A stretch of 64,000 nucleotides of DNA, taken from Octopus vulgaris (taxonomy: Eukaryota). How positions within the stretch are numbered: the stretch's first letter is position 1; the number at the start of each line of letters is the position of its first letter. A program made the position numbers and the translations under genes. This document shows, piece by piece, positions 12,886-25,545 of the stretch. Below the pieces are notes generated by a model, which made no database searches, had not been told where the DNA came from, and was given only the letters and a program-made list of their open reading frames with translations. The stretch lies in contig OX597814.1 of assembly GCA_951406725.2 (NCBI GenBank), positions 40,796,001-40,860,000 of the forward strand. The letters are read 5' to 3'.

Positions 12886-13889
12886 GCCAGAGACAATGCC
12901 TGAATGGCTCACGAAGGGGAAAACCATCTTAATTCCCAAATCAAATGAAACAGAAAAACCAGAAAACTACAGACCAATAACCTGCCTCCCTACTATGTTC
13001 AAGGCATTTACTGCAGTGATATCACAAAGGCTGAACAAGCACCTGGACGAAAACAAACTGTTCCCAGAAGAGCAGAAAGGATGCCGCAAAGGCTCATATG
13101 GCTGTAAAGATCAACTAATGATTAATAAAGCCATAACTAAAGACAGCCACAGAAAGAAGAAAGGCCTCAGTATGGCCTGGATTGACTACAAAAAGGCGTT
13201 TGATAGCATCCCCCACACATGGATCCTCGAAACACTAGCCATTAACAAAGTAGCACCAACAATCATAAAATTCATAGAGCACTCTATGAATAAATGGCAA
13301 ACAGTCCTACACCTCCAAACAAAAGAGGGACTCATGAAAACCAAAGACATCCTCATTAGAAGAGGAATATTCCAGGGAGATACGCCCTCTCCACTCCTTT
13401 TCTGCTTGGCACTGCCACCTCTATCTGATATGCTAAATAGAACTGGATGCGGATTTAAATGTTACGGCAAAACGATCAGCCTCCTTTTATATATGGATGA
13501 CCTAAAACTATACGCTGCAACTGACAAACAGCTGGAAACACTATTAAAGACAGTTCATGGATTTACCAAAGAAATAGATATGAAATTTGGATAAGAAAAA
13601 TGCGCCAAAGTAACCATGAAAAGAGGAAAACTAGTTAAGAGTAACAACATCACACTAGATAAAACAAATGAAATAAAAGAATTAGACCAAAGCCAAACTT
13701 ACAAATCCATGAACTAGATAAGACACAACACACACAAATGATAGAGAAAATAAAAAAAGAATATTATAGACGAGTTAGATCAATACTAAACACAGAGCTC
13801 AATGCTAAAAACAAGATAATGGGTATCAACACTTTAGCTGTCCCAGTTATAAGTTACAGCTACAATATCCTTAACTGGACACGAAATGA
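12886..13889 (+). mobile_element. R4/Dong reverse transcriptase fragment (not family A or B; possibly C)
   Basis: NYRPITCL, EQKG, DQL, WIDYKKAFDS, RRGIFQGD, YMDDLKLY and thumb KKEYYRRVR..INTLAVPVISYS; starts directly after (TAA)n at 12793-12885. Confidence 0.93.
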
Positions 13890-16800
13890 TGCCGCAAACC
13901 TCAACCACCTATACTGTGCATCCGCGAAAATCTCAACGATCCTATGTGGTGTAAAGGTTAGAAAACGGCAACATTCCCACAAAAAGCCTTCTTGGTAAGA
14001 GCTTCTGCAACAACAAATTAAAATATTTAGATCTGACTTTGAATATTTGAAAAACCTTAAGCCTCATAAGACTACCAAACCTACAAAAACCCCAAAATTA
14101 CTGAAAAAATACAATATGAAACTATACTTGATATTGATGCCACCATAGAAACCATCAAGCAAAAGGTATCTGCCAAAGCTGCCCGCATAGCGTGGTATGA
14201 AAAGCGTGTTAGATTTTTCAAGGACAACATCATGTTAAAACATAACCCCAATAATTTTTACAGGAAGGTAGGAAAAACAGCGTTTAGTGCAAGGTCTGTA
14301 CCATCAAAAGAAGAAGTGCAGGGATTTTGGAATAAAATCTGGGCAGAAGAACAAACACACAACGAAAAGCCTCCCTGGATTGACAGAATATCTACAGAAC
14401 TGGACCCCTTAGAAGAGCAAAAGTGGGAGGGTGTCAAGGTAGAAGATATTAGATCTGCTCTCAGAAGGTCAAGCAAATGGAAGTCTCCAGGAGAGGATAA
14501 AATTCCTAACTTCTGGCTGAATGCCTTCCCAGAGAGCCATGAACTGCTAACAGAACTGTACAATGATGTTTTGCAACACCCTAGTAGGATGCCTCCTTGG
14601 CTAGTTAATGGGTTAACATTCCTGCTTCCAAAAAGTGAAGAAACAAATGAACCAAAAGACTATAGACCCATAACCTGCTTAACAACTACGTACAAAACAC
14701 TAACATCTGTCCTGACGAAATATACCTATAGTTTTTTAACAGACAGCAGCATACTCCCTAATGAACAGAAATGATGTAAACGTGGATCCTACGGTGTGTA
14801 ATGACCAACTACTCATCAATAAGATGATCTTAGAAGATTGTCACAAACGACACAAAAACTTCTCAATAGCCTGGATAGACGATAAAAAGGCTTTTGATAG
14901 CCTACCACATAGCTGGATTAGGAAATGCCTGGAAATGTATAAGTTAGCACCTACTCTGCGAAACTTCTTGACTGTAAGTATGAGATCATGGAGAACCACA
15001 CTAACTCTGAACAGTGACAATGAATCCCTAAATGCTGGTGATGTAAAAATTTCGTGTGGCATTTTCCAGGGTGACTCACTGTCACCACTGCTCTTTTGTT
15101 TATCTTTAATACCTCTCTCAAAGCTGCTCAATGACGCGCAGTACGGGTATAAAATGTTTGATAAAAATATAATTCATCTCATTTACATGGATGATTTAAA
15201 GCTTTTTCAAACAAATGACCAACAACTCAAGGGCTTACTAGCGATAGTCAAACAATTCAGTGACGACATCAGAATGCAATTCAGCCTCGATAAATGTGCA
15301 AAGGCTACCTTTATCAAAGGAAAAATGACAGAAACATCTAACGTTAACCTTGACCAACAAAATATCATAAAAGAACTAGACCCAGCGGAGAGCTACAAGT
15401 ACCTAGGGTTAATTGAAGGGAACGGAATAAGGCATTCTGAGATGAAGGAAAGGATCAGGAGAGAATGCTATCGAAGAGTGAGAGCAATACTCAAGACAGC
15501 GCTGAATGCAATAAACAGGATTGAAGCGATCAATGCATTAGCCATACCACTCGTGATTTACAGTTTCAATATTGTTAACTGGTCAATTACTGAAATATGT
15601 CAGCTCGATAGAAAAATAAGGAAACTGTTGACAATGCATAGAATGAGCCAACGTAAGGCAGATACAGAACGACTCTATCTGCCAAGAAAAGAGGGAGGCC
15701 GTGGTCTTTTGCAACTGGCAATAACAATGAAGATTGCTACAATTGGCCTAGACACCTACCTGAAAAACTCTGAGGATTGGATGTTAAAACTTGTCTCAAA
15801 ACATGAAAACAAGAAAGCATCATACTCAGTCACAAAACAGGCAAAGGAATATCTAAGTGAATTCCGAAAACAACCAATTTCGGAATTAGAGATAGATATA
15901 CAAGAAACAAGCACAGAATAAACTAGGCGCATGAAAACCCGTGCCAAAACTGCGGCCTTAGATATTCTGAATAATAAATGGCAAGAAAAACCTCTCTATG
16001 GCAAATACCCAAAGAGAGCGAATAATGCGGATATCGACAAAGCCCTGACCCATCAATGGCTAATGGCCACTGGCTTAAAATCTGAAACAGAGGGGTTTAT
16101 CATAGCAGCTCAAGATCAATGCTACCAACATGAAACAACCAGGCCAACATATTAAAGAACGGCAGTAGCAGTCCAACATGTCGTGTATGCCGACAACAAA
16201 ATGAATCCATTGACCATGTTGTCTCCAAATGCAGTCTTCTAGCGCCTACAGAGTACCTCAGTAGGCATGATAGAGCTGCACAATATATTCACTGGGTAAT
16301 TTGCAAAAACCTGGATTTGCCCCATGAAAAAAACTGGTGGGAACACAATCCACTTCCTGTGCTTGAAAATGACCACATCTCACTCCTCTGCAACTTCACC
16401 ATTCAAACTGACAGAAAGATAGATGCAAATAGGCCAGACATCATATTGAAAGACTTCAGACAAAGAACATGCCTCCTCATTGATATGACTGTCCCAAACG
16501 ATATAAACGTATCTGTCAAGACCTACCAAAAACTGAGCAAATATAAAGATCTTGGAATAGAAATCAGCAAAATGTGGAAGCTGAAGACTAAAACAATACC
16601 TGTTGTCATAGGTGCCCTGGGAATGATAGCGAAAGGGACTGATTGCTACCTAACTCAGATACCAGGAAACCCCAAAATGGCAGAAATTCAAAAGGTAGTG
16701 CTCATGGGAACTGTTCATATCCTACGCAAAATACTCTCTATGTAATCCCAAGGTTTAAAACAAACTTTTTATTATTTTTTTTTATTTTTATGTATTAGAC

Positions 16801-16950
16801 ATTTTGGTACAACACCAAAAATCAAACAAAAAAAAAAACAAAAAAAAACCCCAAATATATGGCACAGAACTTCTAACCTGTTGTCTCTTGAGGTCTCTGG
16901 GTGAGACTTGGAGCCAACTTGTACAGACATAAAGCAAAAGTCAAACATAG
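13886..16950 (+). mobile_element. R4/Dong family B long copy (pre-RT region, RT, CCHC, RLE, 3' UTR), inactivated by stops and frameshifts
   Basis: WKSPGEDKIPNFWL, YRPITCL, WIDDKKAFDS, GIFQGDSLSPLLF, YMDDLKLF, YKYLG, RLYLPRKEGGRG, CRVC..IDHVVSKC, RHD, RPDII..IDMTVP; followed by (TAA)n. Confidence 0.96.
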
Positions 16951-16970
16951 AATAATAATAATAATAATGA

Positions 16971-17001
<31 letters not shown>

Positions 17002-17102
17002 AAGAAGAAGAAGAAGAAGGAGAAGAAGAAGAAGGAGGAGAGGAAGAAGTAGAAGAAGAAGAAGAAGAAGATAAAGAAGAAGAAGAAGATGAAGAAGAAG
17101 AA
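16951..17102. repeat. (TAA)n grading into (GAA)n microsatellite
   Basis: Direct sequence. Confidence 0.95.
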
Positions 17103-17148
17103 CGACAGCATCTATAAGAGTATTCATTCACTCATTCTTATATATATA

Positions 17149-17427
17149 GGAGCACTCCGTCGGTTATGACATGAAATGAATGTGGAAGTAGCTGAGCACT
17201 CCACGAACACGCGTATCCTTAACGTTGTTCTCAGGGAGATTCAGCGTGACACAGACTATAACAAGGCTGGCCCTTTGAAATTTTAGTTACTACCCATTCT
17301 TGCCAGCTGAGTGGACTGGATCAACATGAAATAGTGTCTTGCTCAAGGACAAAACGTATCGCTGGGACCTGAACTCACGACCTTGCGATCGTGAGCCGAA
17401 TCCCCTAACAACCAAGCCACGCGCCTT
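17149..17427 (-). mobile_element. tRNA-derived SINE (family 2)
   Basis: Minus head GGCGCGTGGCTTGGTTG (A-box) and GAGTTCAGGTCCC (B-box); central GTCCTTGAGCAAGACACT (CORE/V-like motif); tail ends GACGGAGTGCTCC. Confidence 0.85.
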
Positions 17428-18212
17428 GACACACACACAGACAGACAGATACACACACATATGCACATAAATTATTCTGAATTTGGTGCGACACTATTCA
17501 AAACGACACGGATAAGCGAGATGGATTTTTCATTGTAGGTAGAGCGAGACATTCTTAGGTGATGATCCAGGTATATCTGTTACCTTATTCTACAGCGTTT
17601 TAACTGAGAAAATATCTTAAATTGCACACGTTTGCCCGATTTCTTTTGATCGGTTTCATATTTTCAGCATGATTAGCGGTTAAGTTGGAAGCTTTTACTT
17701 CCACTCTTTAGCAATTCTCTCACCATCCTCACACAGACACATACACACATATACATATACACAAATCCAGTCGTTCAATGCTGTTCATATACTGCAATAA
17801 TCGCTTTTGACAGTCTCCCTGTTCGACTTTATCTTCAATATTGGTTTACCTTTCGTTAAATATTTTCATCGATTTTTGTGCAAGATGTTTTCGTTCACTT
17901 CATCACCAGTAACAACCCACAAAATCCTGTGCACGCTGCACAACCTGCAAATTTGCATAACTAGTAAATCAATATAGTATGTTAAATCCATTTCTAATTC
18001 ATCATTTACCACTGATGAAGAAGAGGGTGGTGTGTTTCTATACACAAAGATGTGTCCTACAAAAAGATGCAATTTGAATTACCTATATTTTAATACAAAA
18101 TATTATACTTAATACTGAGTTACTGTTGATAAAAGACTCGGTTTTGTGTGCTTATCCATACACATACATGTAGGTGAATATGTGTGTATGTATGTATGTA
18201 TGTATATATATA

Positions 18213-18287
<75 letters not shown>

Positions 18288-18566
18288 ATGTGTGTGTGTG
18301 TGTATGTATGTATGCATGTATGTATGTATTCATATATGTATGTGTGCATGTATCAGATTCTATCTTTGAAGCAAGCTGAAATGTACCCGGTGAAATCCGG
18401 AGCAAATTGACTAATAAAAATCATCACGTATATGAAAACATATGTACTCACATATACGTGCCGCGAAATATATGTATCTAAGTTAAAGTTATTTTAACTC
18501 ATGTTCTTTTTGCTCATACATGTACTTGTTTGTGTGCGTATATGTGTTTGTATAAGTATACATACG

Positions 18567-18604
<38 letters not shown>

Positions 18605-19429
18605 TACAGAAATGAATAGTTTGATAGATAAAGATAGAGAAGGAGAGATAACTAGAAATACATAGTCAGATAAATAGATGTGTGTATGTGAATGGATTAT
18701 GTGCGCGTTTTTTTTTATGCAGTGTATATATTGTTATGCTTTTATAAATATCAATATTCTTTGAGAGAAAGAGAAAGTAAGTGACGTGCGAAAACTATCA
18801 TATGTAATAAATTGATACATAGGAATAAATGCAAAAACGTGTTATTGTGTCTCGTTGCGTTATGTTATGTCTGAAAATGAGATGATTAATATATTTATCT
18901 GCGAATTTTTCCATTACAGACGACATGTAAAAGATAATAGCTGTTAGCTCAATGTGATATTCTATCGCTTAAGTAGAAACATTAATATGCGTTATATTTT
19001 AAACATTTAGATAATACTGCAAATATTATTCTATGCTGCTTGCTGCTATATATTTAGTGTAGATATATTCAGTTTAAACCGACAATGCTGATGCTCCAAA
19101 TGAACGAATTCCTTACAAGGATTTTGCCTTCGTAATACCACCTGTGTCCCTTAATTTTTTATCCGGTTACAAATATCATTTTATTCGGGTACTCAATGGC
19201 AAAGAACTATTTATTGCAAGTGTGTCAATAATTTTAAATAAGGGAACTTGAATTCTTTATGAATGGGATGGGATTGAATTTTATGTCAGGGAACATGTGA
19301 CCATGAGAACACTTGAAAATCGTAAATGAAATTAGAAAAATGGTGATAATAGCAATTAACCCACACGTGTGAGGAATCAACATAAATTTTTGTTATGAAA
19401 GTACCCAAAATTTTTTTAAATACTACGAA

Positions 19430-19670
19430 TAATAATGATTCCAAATTTTGGCACATGGCCAGCAATTACGGGAGAAGGGATAAGTAAATTACATTGTACA
19501 TTGTGTAAATTACGTCGTACCCTATGTTAAACTGGTTCATATTTTATCGATTGCAAAAGGTTAAAAGGTAATGTCGTATCGGCAGTATCTGAACTCAGAG
19601 CGTAAAACTAGAAGAAATGCCGCTAAACTGTTTGTCCGGCATATTAACGATTCAGCTAGTCCAACGCCTT
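19430..19670 (-). mobile_element. Degraded SINE (family 4, Meta-domain-like)
   Basis: Collinear with 34800-34969 (AACTGGTTCATATTTTATCGA..AAAGG..GAACTCAGA..CCGCTAA..CCGGC..CGCCTT). Confidence 0.7.
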
Positions 19671-19719
19671 AATAATGATAATTATAACCTCAAGATACAT
19701 ACAAAAAATGTGATAAACA

Positions 19720-20155
19720 TAAGTTCTCTGATCCAAAATATGGATCAAACTGGAATGCAGTTTGGAGGTAGATAAATGCGTGATACTATGTAGATAACCT
19801 GGAAGATAAAGATTGATGACATAAAATTAAGGCGGGGCAACATCTTGAGATTGCTGCGGAATGATGAGGGATAAAAATAATTGAGTGCTGGAGAGCAATA
19901 AGATAGTGGAAAGAGATATGAGAGAGAGAGAGAGAGAGGGAGAGAGAGAGAGAGAGGGAGAGAGAGAGAGAGAGCGAGAGAGTTCGTAACGAGTTCGGAA
20001 GGAGAATTGGGAGGAGGTCTGAAACAAAATTAAAAGTTGGGAACACCATTCAAGCCGTAAATACATGGTTTATGCGGGTGTTGAGCTACTCTGCTCATGT
20101 TCTGAAATGGGCAAATATAGGGCTATACAACTTGGACGGAAGAGCTAGAAAGCCG
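19720..20155 (+). mobile_element. Old R4/Dong-like RT/thumb remnant interrupted by a (GA)n tract
   Basis: GMQFG at about 19752 and RRIGRRSETKLKVGNTIQAVNTWFMRVLSYSAHVLKW..LDGRARK, matching the R4 thumb pattern seen at 9640-9790. Confidence 0.6.
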
Positions 20156-20159
20156 CGGA

Positions 20160-22070
20160 CAAAGTGCACCTCACTCAATCCCAAACTTTATACCGACCGA
20201 CTATATCTGAAAGAACGAAAGATGGTGGATTGTTCTTAAACGCGGAAGACATTCTTGGTCCAGCGATTCTGCGTTTGAAAACTGTTGTTGTTCAAAAGAA
20301 AGTACCTATTACTGTGTTGTTTGTAATGCTATTGTCTATATTTTGCGATTGTTGTTGTTATTGTTGTTGTAGTTGTTGTTGCATTTGTGGAATGGCTTGT
20401 GTTTCGGGTGTAGGAGGCAGTGGTATCGATACAGTGCTTGTGTTGGGCGTCTGCTTGTGATGTGTTGATATTTTCCCTGCTGCTTTTTGTGTCGATTAAT
20501 ATTGTTATTGTTGTTGCTTGGCCATATGTTTATTTTTCCTTCTGTCACTTATACGTTTTTTTCTATTATTAACTGCCAGTCTTCGTAGTGGTCCGTCTCT
20601 CCAGCAGTTATGTCCACCCACTCTGCATCAAGAAGTGGAACATCTTCGAGCACTGTGGTGTGTTTAGGTGAACTCGGTGTCGGTATGGTTGTTGGTATTG
20701 GTGGTGATACGGCTGAATCTGATGATGGTGATAGTGTTGCTGCTGTTGTCGCTGGAGTTCTGGTGGCTGCTGTTGGTGTAGAGAGAGAGAAGTTGCTCGT
20801 CTCTTTTTCGTATAGCTTGGGGCGGTCAATTTTTAAATGCTTAGGTAGAAAGCAAAACTAGCAATTTGGTTTACTTCCATCAGGAATTATGCTGCCTGCA
20901 GGAAGAAGGACCTGGTCTGGGATGAGATCCGTCTTCTTTTGTGTTGTTTGAATGAGGAGTTCTACTGTCATCCCAGGTCAGTTTTCCTTTTTAGTCTGAT
21001 AGACTTCGAGGATTTTCGAGGTTTCGTCAATGTCTATCATCACTACTGCAATTAGCCAAGGAATGGATATTTCTGGCATTATAATTTTTGTCAGTCTCTG
21101 ATCGCAATAGTAAGAACTAGCAACAGCACCGCTTTTGAGGGGATTCAGAGAGTGACGTCTCCGTTCTTCCTTCGTGTGGAATCGAAAGTCAACCACTCCA
21201 TCGGCCTTTCCTCTTTGTATATATTCCTTTTGATTTCAGGCGGAATCTAAAGCTTGTTGTGTTTGGGTCCCTGTCGCTCTTTCCACCCTCCTTGACTGTA
21301 ACGGGATTGTATGGTACGTCACTGTGCGTATTTTGGATTTTCTCAGGTGGTGTATCCAACTTTATAGCTTGTCCATCTCTCTCGGCTAGCTATCTAGCAT
21401 ATTTCAATTCATGTTCTGAGAATTTTACTTTCTGGAGAGATGATTTAGCTATTCCAGCGAAAGAAAGCTTTGTCAGTTTTGTTGTTGCTTTTTTGTTGCC
21501 GTTGTTGGTTTTGTTATTTCTGTTGTCAATTTTGTTATTGTTGTTGTTGTGGTTGTTACTGGTGCTGCTGATGTTGTCGTTGCTGTTGTTGTTGTTGCTG
21601 TTATTCGCAGTCGACTCCGCTGCTTCGCTCACAGAAGGGTTTTCTCCACTTAAATTTTCGAAGTTAATGATTTCCTTCCGAATAATGTTCTTTAAAACAG
21701 AGCCTTTGCTTTTCAAAAGATCACCTGAGTGATCCTCATTGAAAATATTGCCACCGTTGTTCGTTTTGTCTGTTTTTCTGGGTTTTTTTTTTTTTTGGTT
21801 TTTTTTTTGGCGGAGAGAGAAATACGTCTATCGTCTGTTTTGTTTTTCAGACCGAAGTCACTCGCACGCATGCACCCTCTCTCATTGGCGTTTTGTGACA
21901 CTCCTCAATTTCTGCCTTTCTCTCACATCCGAGCATCGCCGTGTTTTGTGTTATCTCAATGTTGGCGGGGAAAACGCATACAACTTTGTTTCAAGAAACA
22001 AAACAATTGACCTGTTCCTTAAAGCTGGGAGACAAAATACGAAAATAAACTCACCCCTCAACAGTAAATA
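20160..22070 (-). mobile_element. L1/Tx1-like LINE 5' region and ORF1 remnant with Asn/Thr-rich low-complexity tracts
   Basis: ORF pieces 21390-21716 and 20978-21196; degenerate zinc knuckle C*FCFLPKHLKIDR (CX2CX4HX4C) at 20822-20863; no ORF2 retained. Confidence 0.6.
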
Positions 22071-22206
22071 TCTTGTTGTCCACGATGTTATAAACGCAAT
22101 ATTATGCGTTTTATTTTTATAATATTCACAGAGCGAAGCTGACAGCCATAATAATAATGATGATGTTGATGATGATGATGACAATAAATCAACTACGACA
22201 ACGTCG

Positions 22207-22343
22207 AAGAAGAAGAAGAAGAAGAAGAAGAAGAAGAAGAAGAAGAAGAAAAAGAAGAAGAAGAAGAAGAAGAAGAAGAAGAAGAAGAAGAAGAAGAAGA
22301 AGAAGAAGAAGAAGAAGAAGAAGAAGAAGAAGAAGAAGAAGAA
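22207..22343. repeat. (GAA)n microsatellite
   Basis: About 45 units, preceded by TAA/TGA/CGA triplets. Confidence 0.97.
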
Positions 22344-22649
22344 GCTACACATATCCAAACAATAAGACGCTTTAGCAAGGATATTATGTTTCAGATCAGT
22401 GAATTTGGAGTTTTAATTCTGAACAGATATCGATATCTGCTGGTATAACAACATCACAATATCATATTAGATCGCTTCGAGATATGGGCCTATGTGATTA
22501 TTTAGTTTTTCTGTAGCATGACAAATTAGTGGAAAAAGAAATTCTCCAAGGGAAAGATAATTTTAAAGAAGGCGTTCAAAACAAAAATATTTGAAGCGTA
22601 TGTTATCAAAGGAAACGTAACTTTCTAATGTACGGACACTGAGTTATTG

Positions 22650-25125
22650 CATGCGAGACGGTTGCGTTACCTTGGAAGCATCTCGAGTAGGTTCGGTTGT
22701 TGATATTTCCGTGACTGAAGACATTATCTCGAACGGGCAATGCTTCCCGACTGTTACTAGGAACAGCAGAGAGCTGCTAAAATCGGCGCATGTAAAGTCG
22801 ATCATGTGAGCATAAGGTTAATAGGGCAGACCATCCTATACTAGTGATTTCCGGCCAATGCAGCGGCCCAGTACATCATCCACTTCTTCCACTGAAATCG
22901 GCTTCCTGCAGTACCCAATGTCCTTGTTCTATTGGTGCAGCATACCCTCTAGGTAAACCTCAACTTCTGCAGTATCAAGAATGCTACTCCTCGAAAAGAG
23001 GTGGGCGAAATACTGCCGAAACACTGCGCTAATCTGTTTCGAAGTGGGGTGCAGATGACCACCGCGGTCCGTCACAGAGTGTATCCTAGATTTGTTTCCA
23101 TGCTGTGCCTCCGCTAACCTCCGCTTTTGAGATTCGTCTTTCAAGTTACGCACCCTATTTCGGACAATGCAACACTCTTTTACGTCGAAGAAATGGTCCA
23201 GTGCCATTCTCAGAGCTTGAACGTCATTCGCAATCCCGCTTTTATGTGCCTCTTGTAACTAACTAGTTATTTTTTATCGTTATTTTCCAAATCAATATAT
23301 TTGCTAAAACTAACTAACACCAATGTTCCTTTCTAGAGAGACTCACCACCTGTTGTTCATAGCTCCCGTCAGTTCTTGTTTACGTAATCTAGTAATCCTG
23401 TCCCGAAATATTTCTGCGCCAGGTAGGACGTGCTCATTTACTAGTAACCACGTACTAGTGTGATTGTTTTTCCGAAGTTGACTGTAAAGGTCCCTAGTTT
23501 CTGATCTGAATACCCAACGATCTGAAAATATGGTCAACTTATACTGTGCCTATCTGCTAGCTTAATAAAATCCCTATCTAAGTATGACCTGGATGATCCA
23601 CTGCGATTTGACAACATCCACACTAGTGTATTTGGATGATCGAGGTAAAGACTGTCATTTTCAATTGAAAGTGTCTGAGCTAGTTAACGAAGATTTCGCG
23701 CCCCATTCTCCTATCCGCTGCTCCTATATTATCATTTCTTGTGTCTAAGATCCCATTTCAGTTCCCCATTGATAATTATCAGAGACATGTCCCTATGAAA
23801 GACACTAGACGTCAAAAGAAATCTGGCCGTCCAGCTCCTGTTGAGGCATAGACTTCCATTAGTCTCAGAGCTCCTCCGTTGCCTCCTTCACTGCTCATGT
23901 CCATAACCATCATGGTACGGACCGCGTCGAGGAAAATCGTACTCACCTTCAAGCCAAACCATTTTCGAAAAAGCGCTGTGATGCTATTTCATCCAGGCCG
24001 ACCAGAGAAGGTATAAAGCTCGTAGCCATTCAGAAGAAGAGCAAGCGATTATGTTTCGGAGATCCTAGTTTTACTGTTGGCTACAACGTTCAGGCGTAGT
24101 GTCGTTGAGCAGGGACCCTGTTTCCACGCTGCCTTCAGGCCACCAGAATTTATACAATCAGCTCTTTGAACTGCCATTCCAGGGGGTAGAGGAGACAAAG
24201 AAACAAAAGAAGTGTCAATCACTTACACATGGTTTCGACTGATCACTTTTCCTGTCCTTTAAACAGGTCTTCCAATATCCTTTCATCTAATAGTTTCTTG
24301 AAAACCCTCAACGTCATGCGGGAAATGCTTCCTAAGAAAATTATATATACTGGGAGCTTTGTAATCAGAAACCTACTTTCTAGGGCTTTGGCAATGGTGA
24401 GAGTATCAAAATCGTCGCTTTTGTCTTTGTTTGTGTCCACAAATACTATTAATTCCATTTGTTCCTTCCGTAGTAATCCAGATGCTCCACCGAGAGATGT
24501 TGTTCAGCAAATTCCGTCACTTATGGTTGATGTGATAGTTGTCGTATTGATTCTCTTTGTTTCTGCTTCCCTAATGCAGATCTTACTCAGTCTCTTGCTG
24601 TTGCTGAGAATGTTGTTATATTCCTTGATGTTGCTGTAGTTGATTTATCTCTTGTAATTGTCGATTATGTTGTTGTTGTAGCTTCTGTTGCTTTTGCTGT
24701 TGTTGTTGCTCCTGCTGCTACTGCCGAGGTTGTCGGCTTGTAGCTTTGGTTTCGATATTGGTTGCAACGTTTTCGAGATGTCTGACTAGAATCTACTCAA
24801 ATTCGTGCCCGCAAAATGGTCGGATTTAGGGGTTACGTTGGTATTTTCTCACTCCGTTTCTCTTTTACAGGTTTGTTCAACGATCACCCACTCATATTGT
24901 TTAGTCTCATCTGAGGCCACTTTAGCATTTCTTATGGCGTATTTGCTTCTCTGTTCCAGTGTTTGACGTTGTGGTTTCAGCGGTTTCCTCCTTGAGATTG
25001 CAACGGATTTGCTTTTGGGAATATTCAAGCCGTGCAAGGCATCTCTCTCGACTTCTCCACAGTGGAGCAGAAAGCTTTTAAGTGGCCGATTTTGCCACAG
25101 ATGTCACACATGTCTTTCCTACTTT
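22650..25125 (-). mobile_element. Degraded L1/Tx1-group LINE: ORF1 C-terminal half, APE endonuclease and start of RT
   Basis: Intact zinc knuckle CDICGKIGHLKAFC at 25067-25108; ORF2 start MAVQRADCINSGGLK near 24177; YLDRDF and TWLLVN remnants; FRQYFAHLF..EV and a DGLPY-like motif just before the RT. Confidence 0.75.
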
Positions 25126-25149
25126 CCACGATTAAATGCAATTAGAATT

Positions 25150-25545
25150 ATACGCGCTGGAAACAAGCGCAGATAAGCCTAAGCGTATGAAAACACGTGA
25201 CGTGGATAGTGTTACTTATAAATGACAAGTAAAACATTTGAATGCCAAATACCACAAAGAGATTTACTAACGGCGATGTCGACAAAGCTCTTACCCATAA
25301 ATGATTAGTGTCTTCTGGCTTGAAATCAGAAACAGAAGGTTCTAACAGAAGGGTCCAGCCTAAGATCAATACCTACTTACAAGAACTACCAGGTCAGTAT
25401 ACTAAAGAACGGCAGTAGCCCAACTTGTGAAGATGAACAACAAAATGATACCAATAATTATGTTCTCTCCATGTGCTATCTGCTTGCACCTACTGAGTAT
25501 CTCAACAGGCATGATAGAGCAGCACATAATCTTCTCTGAGTAAGT
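25150..25545 (+). mobile_element. Isolated degraded R4/Dong family-B-like fragment
   Basis: DVDKALTHK*LVSSGLKSETEG and APTEYLNRHDRAA align with 16030-16290. Confidence 0.8.

Noticed and set aside
17360-17427. tRNA-like A/B boxes here and at about 460-536, 11960-12033 and 45395-45461
   Set aside because: These are SINE heads attached to repeat bodies, with no complete cloverleaf or acceptor stem.
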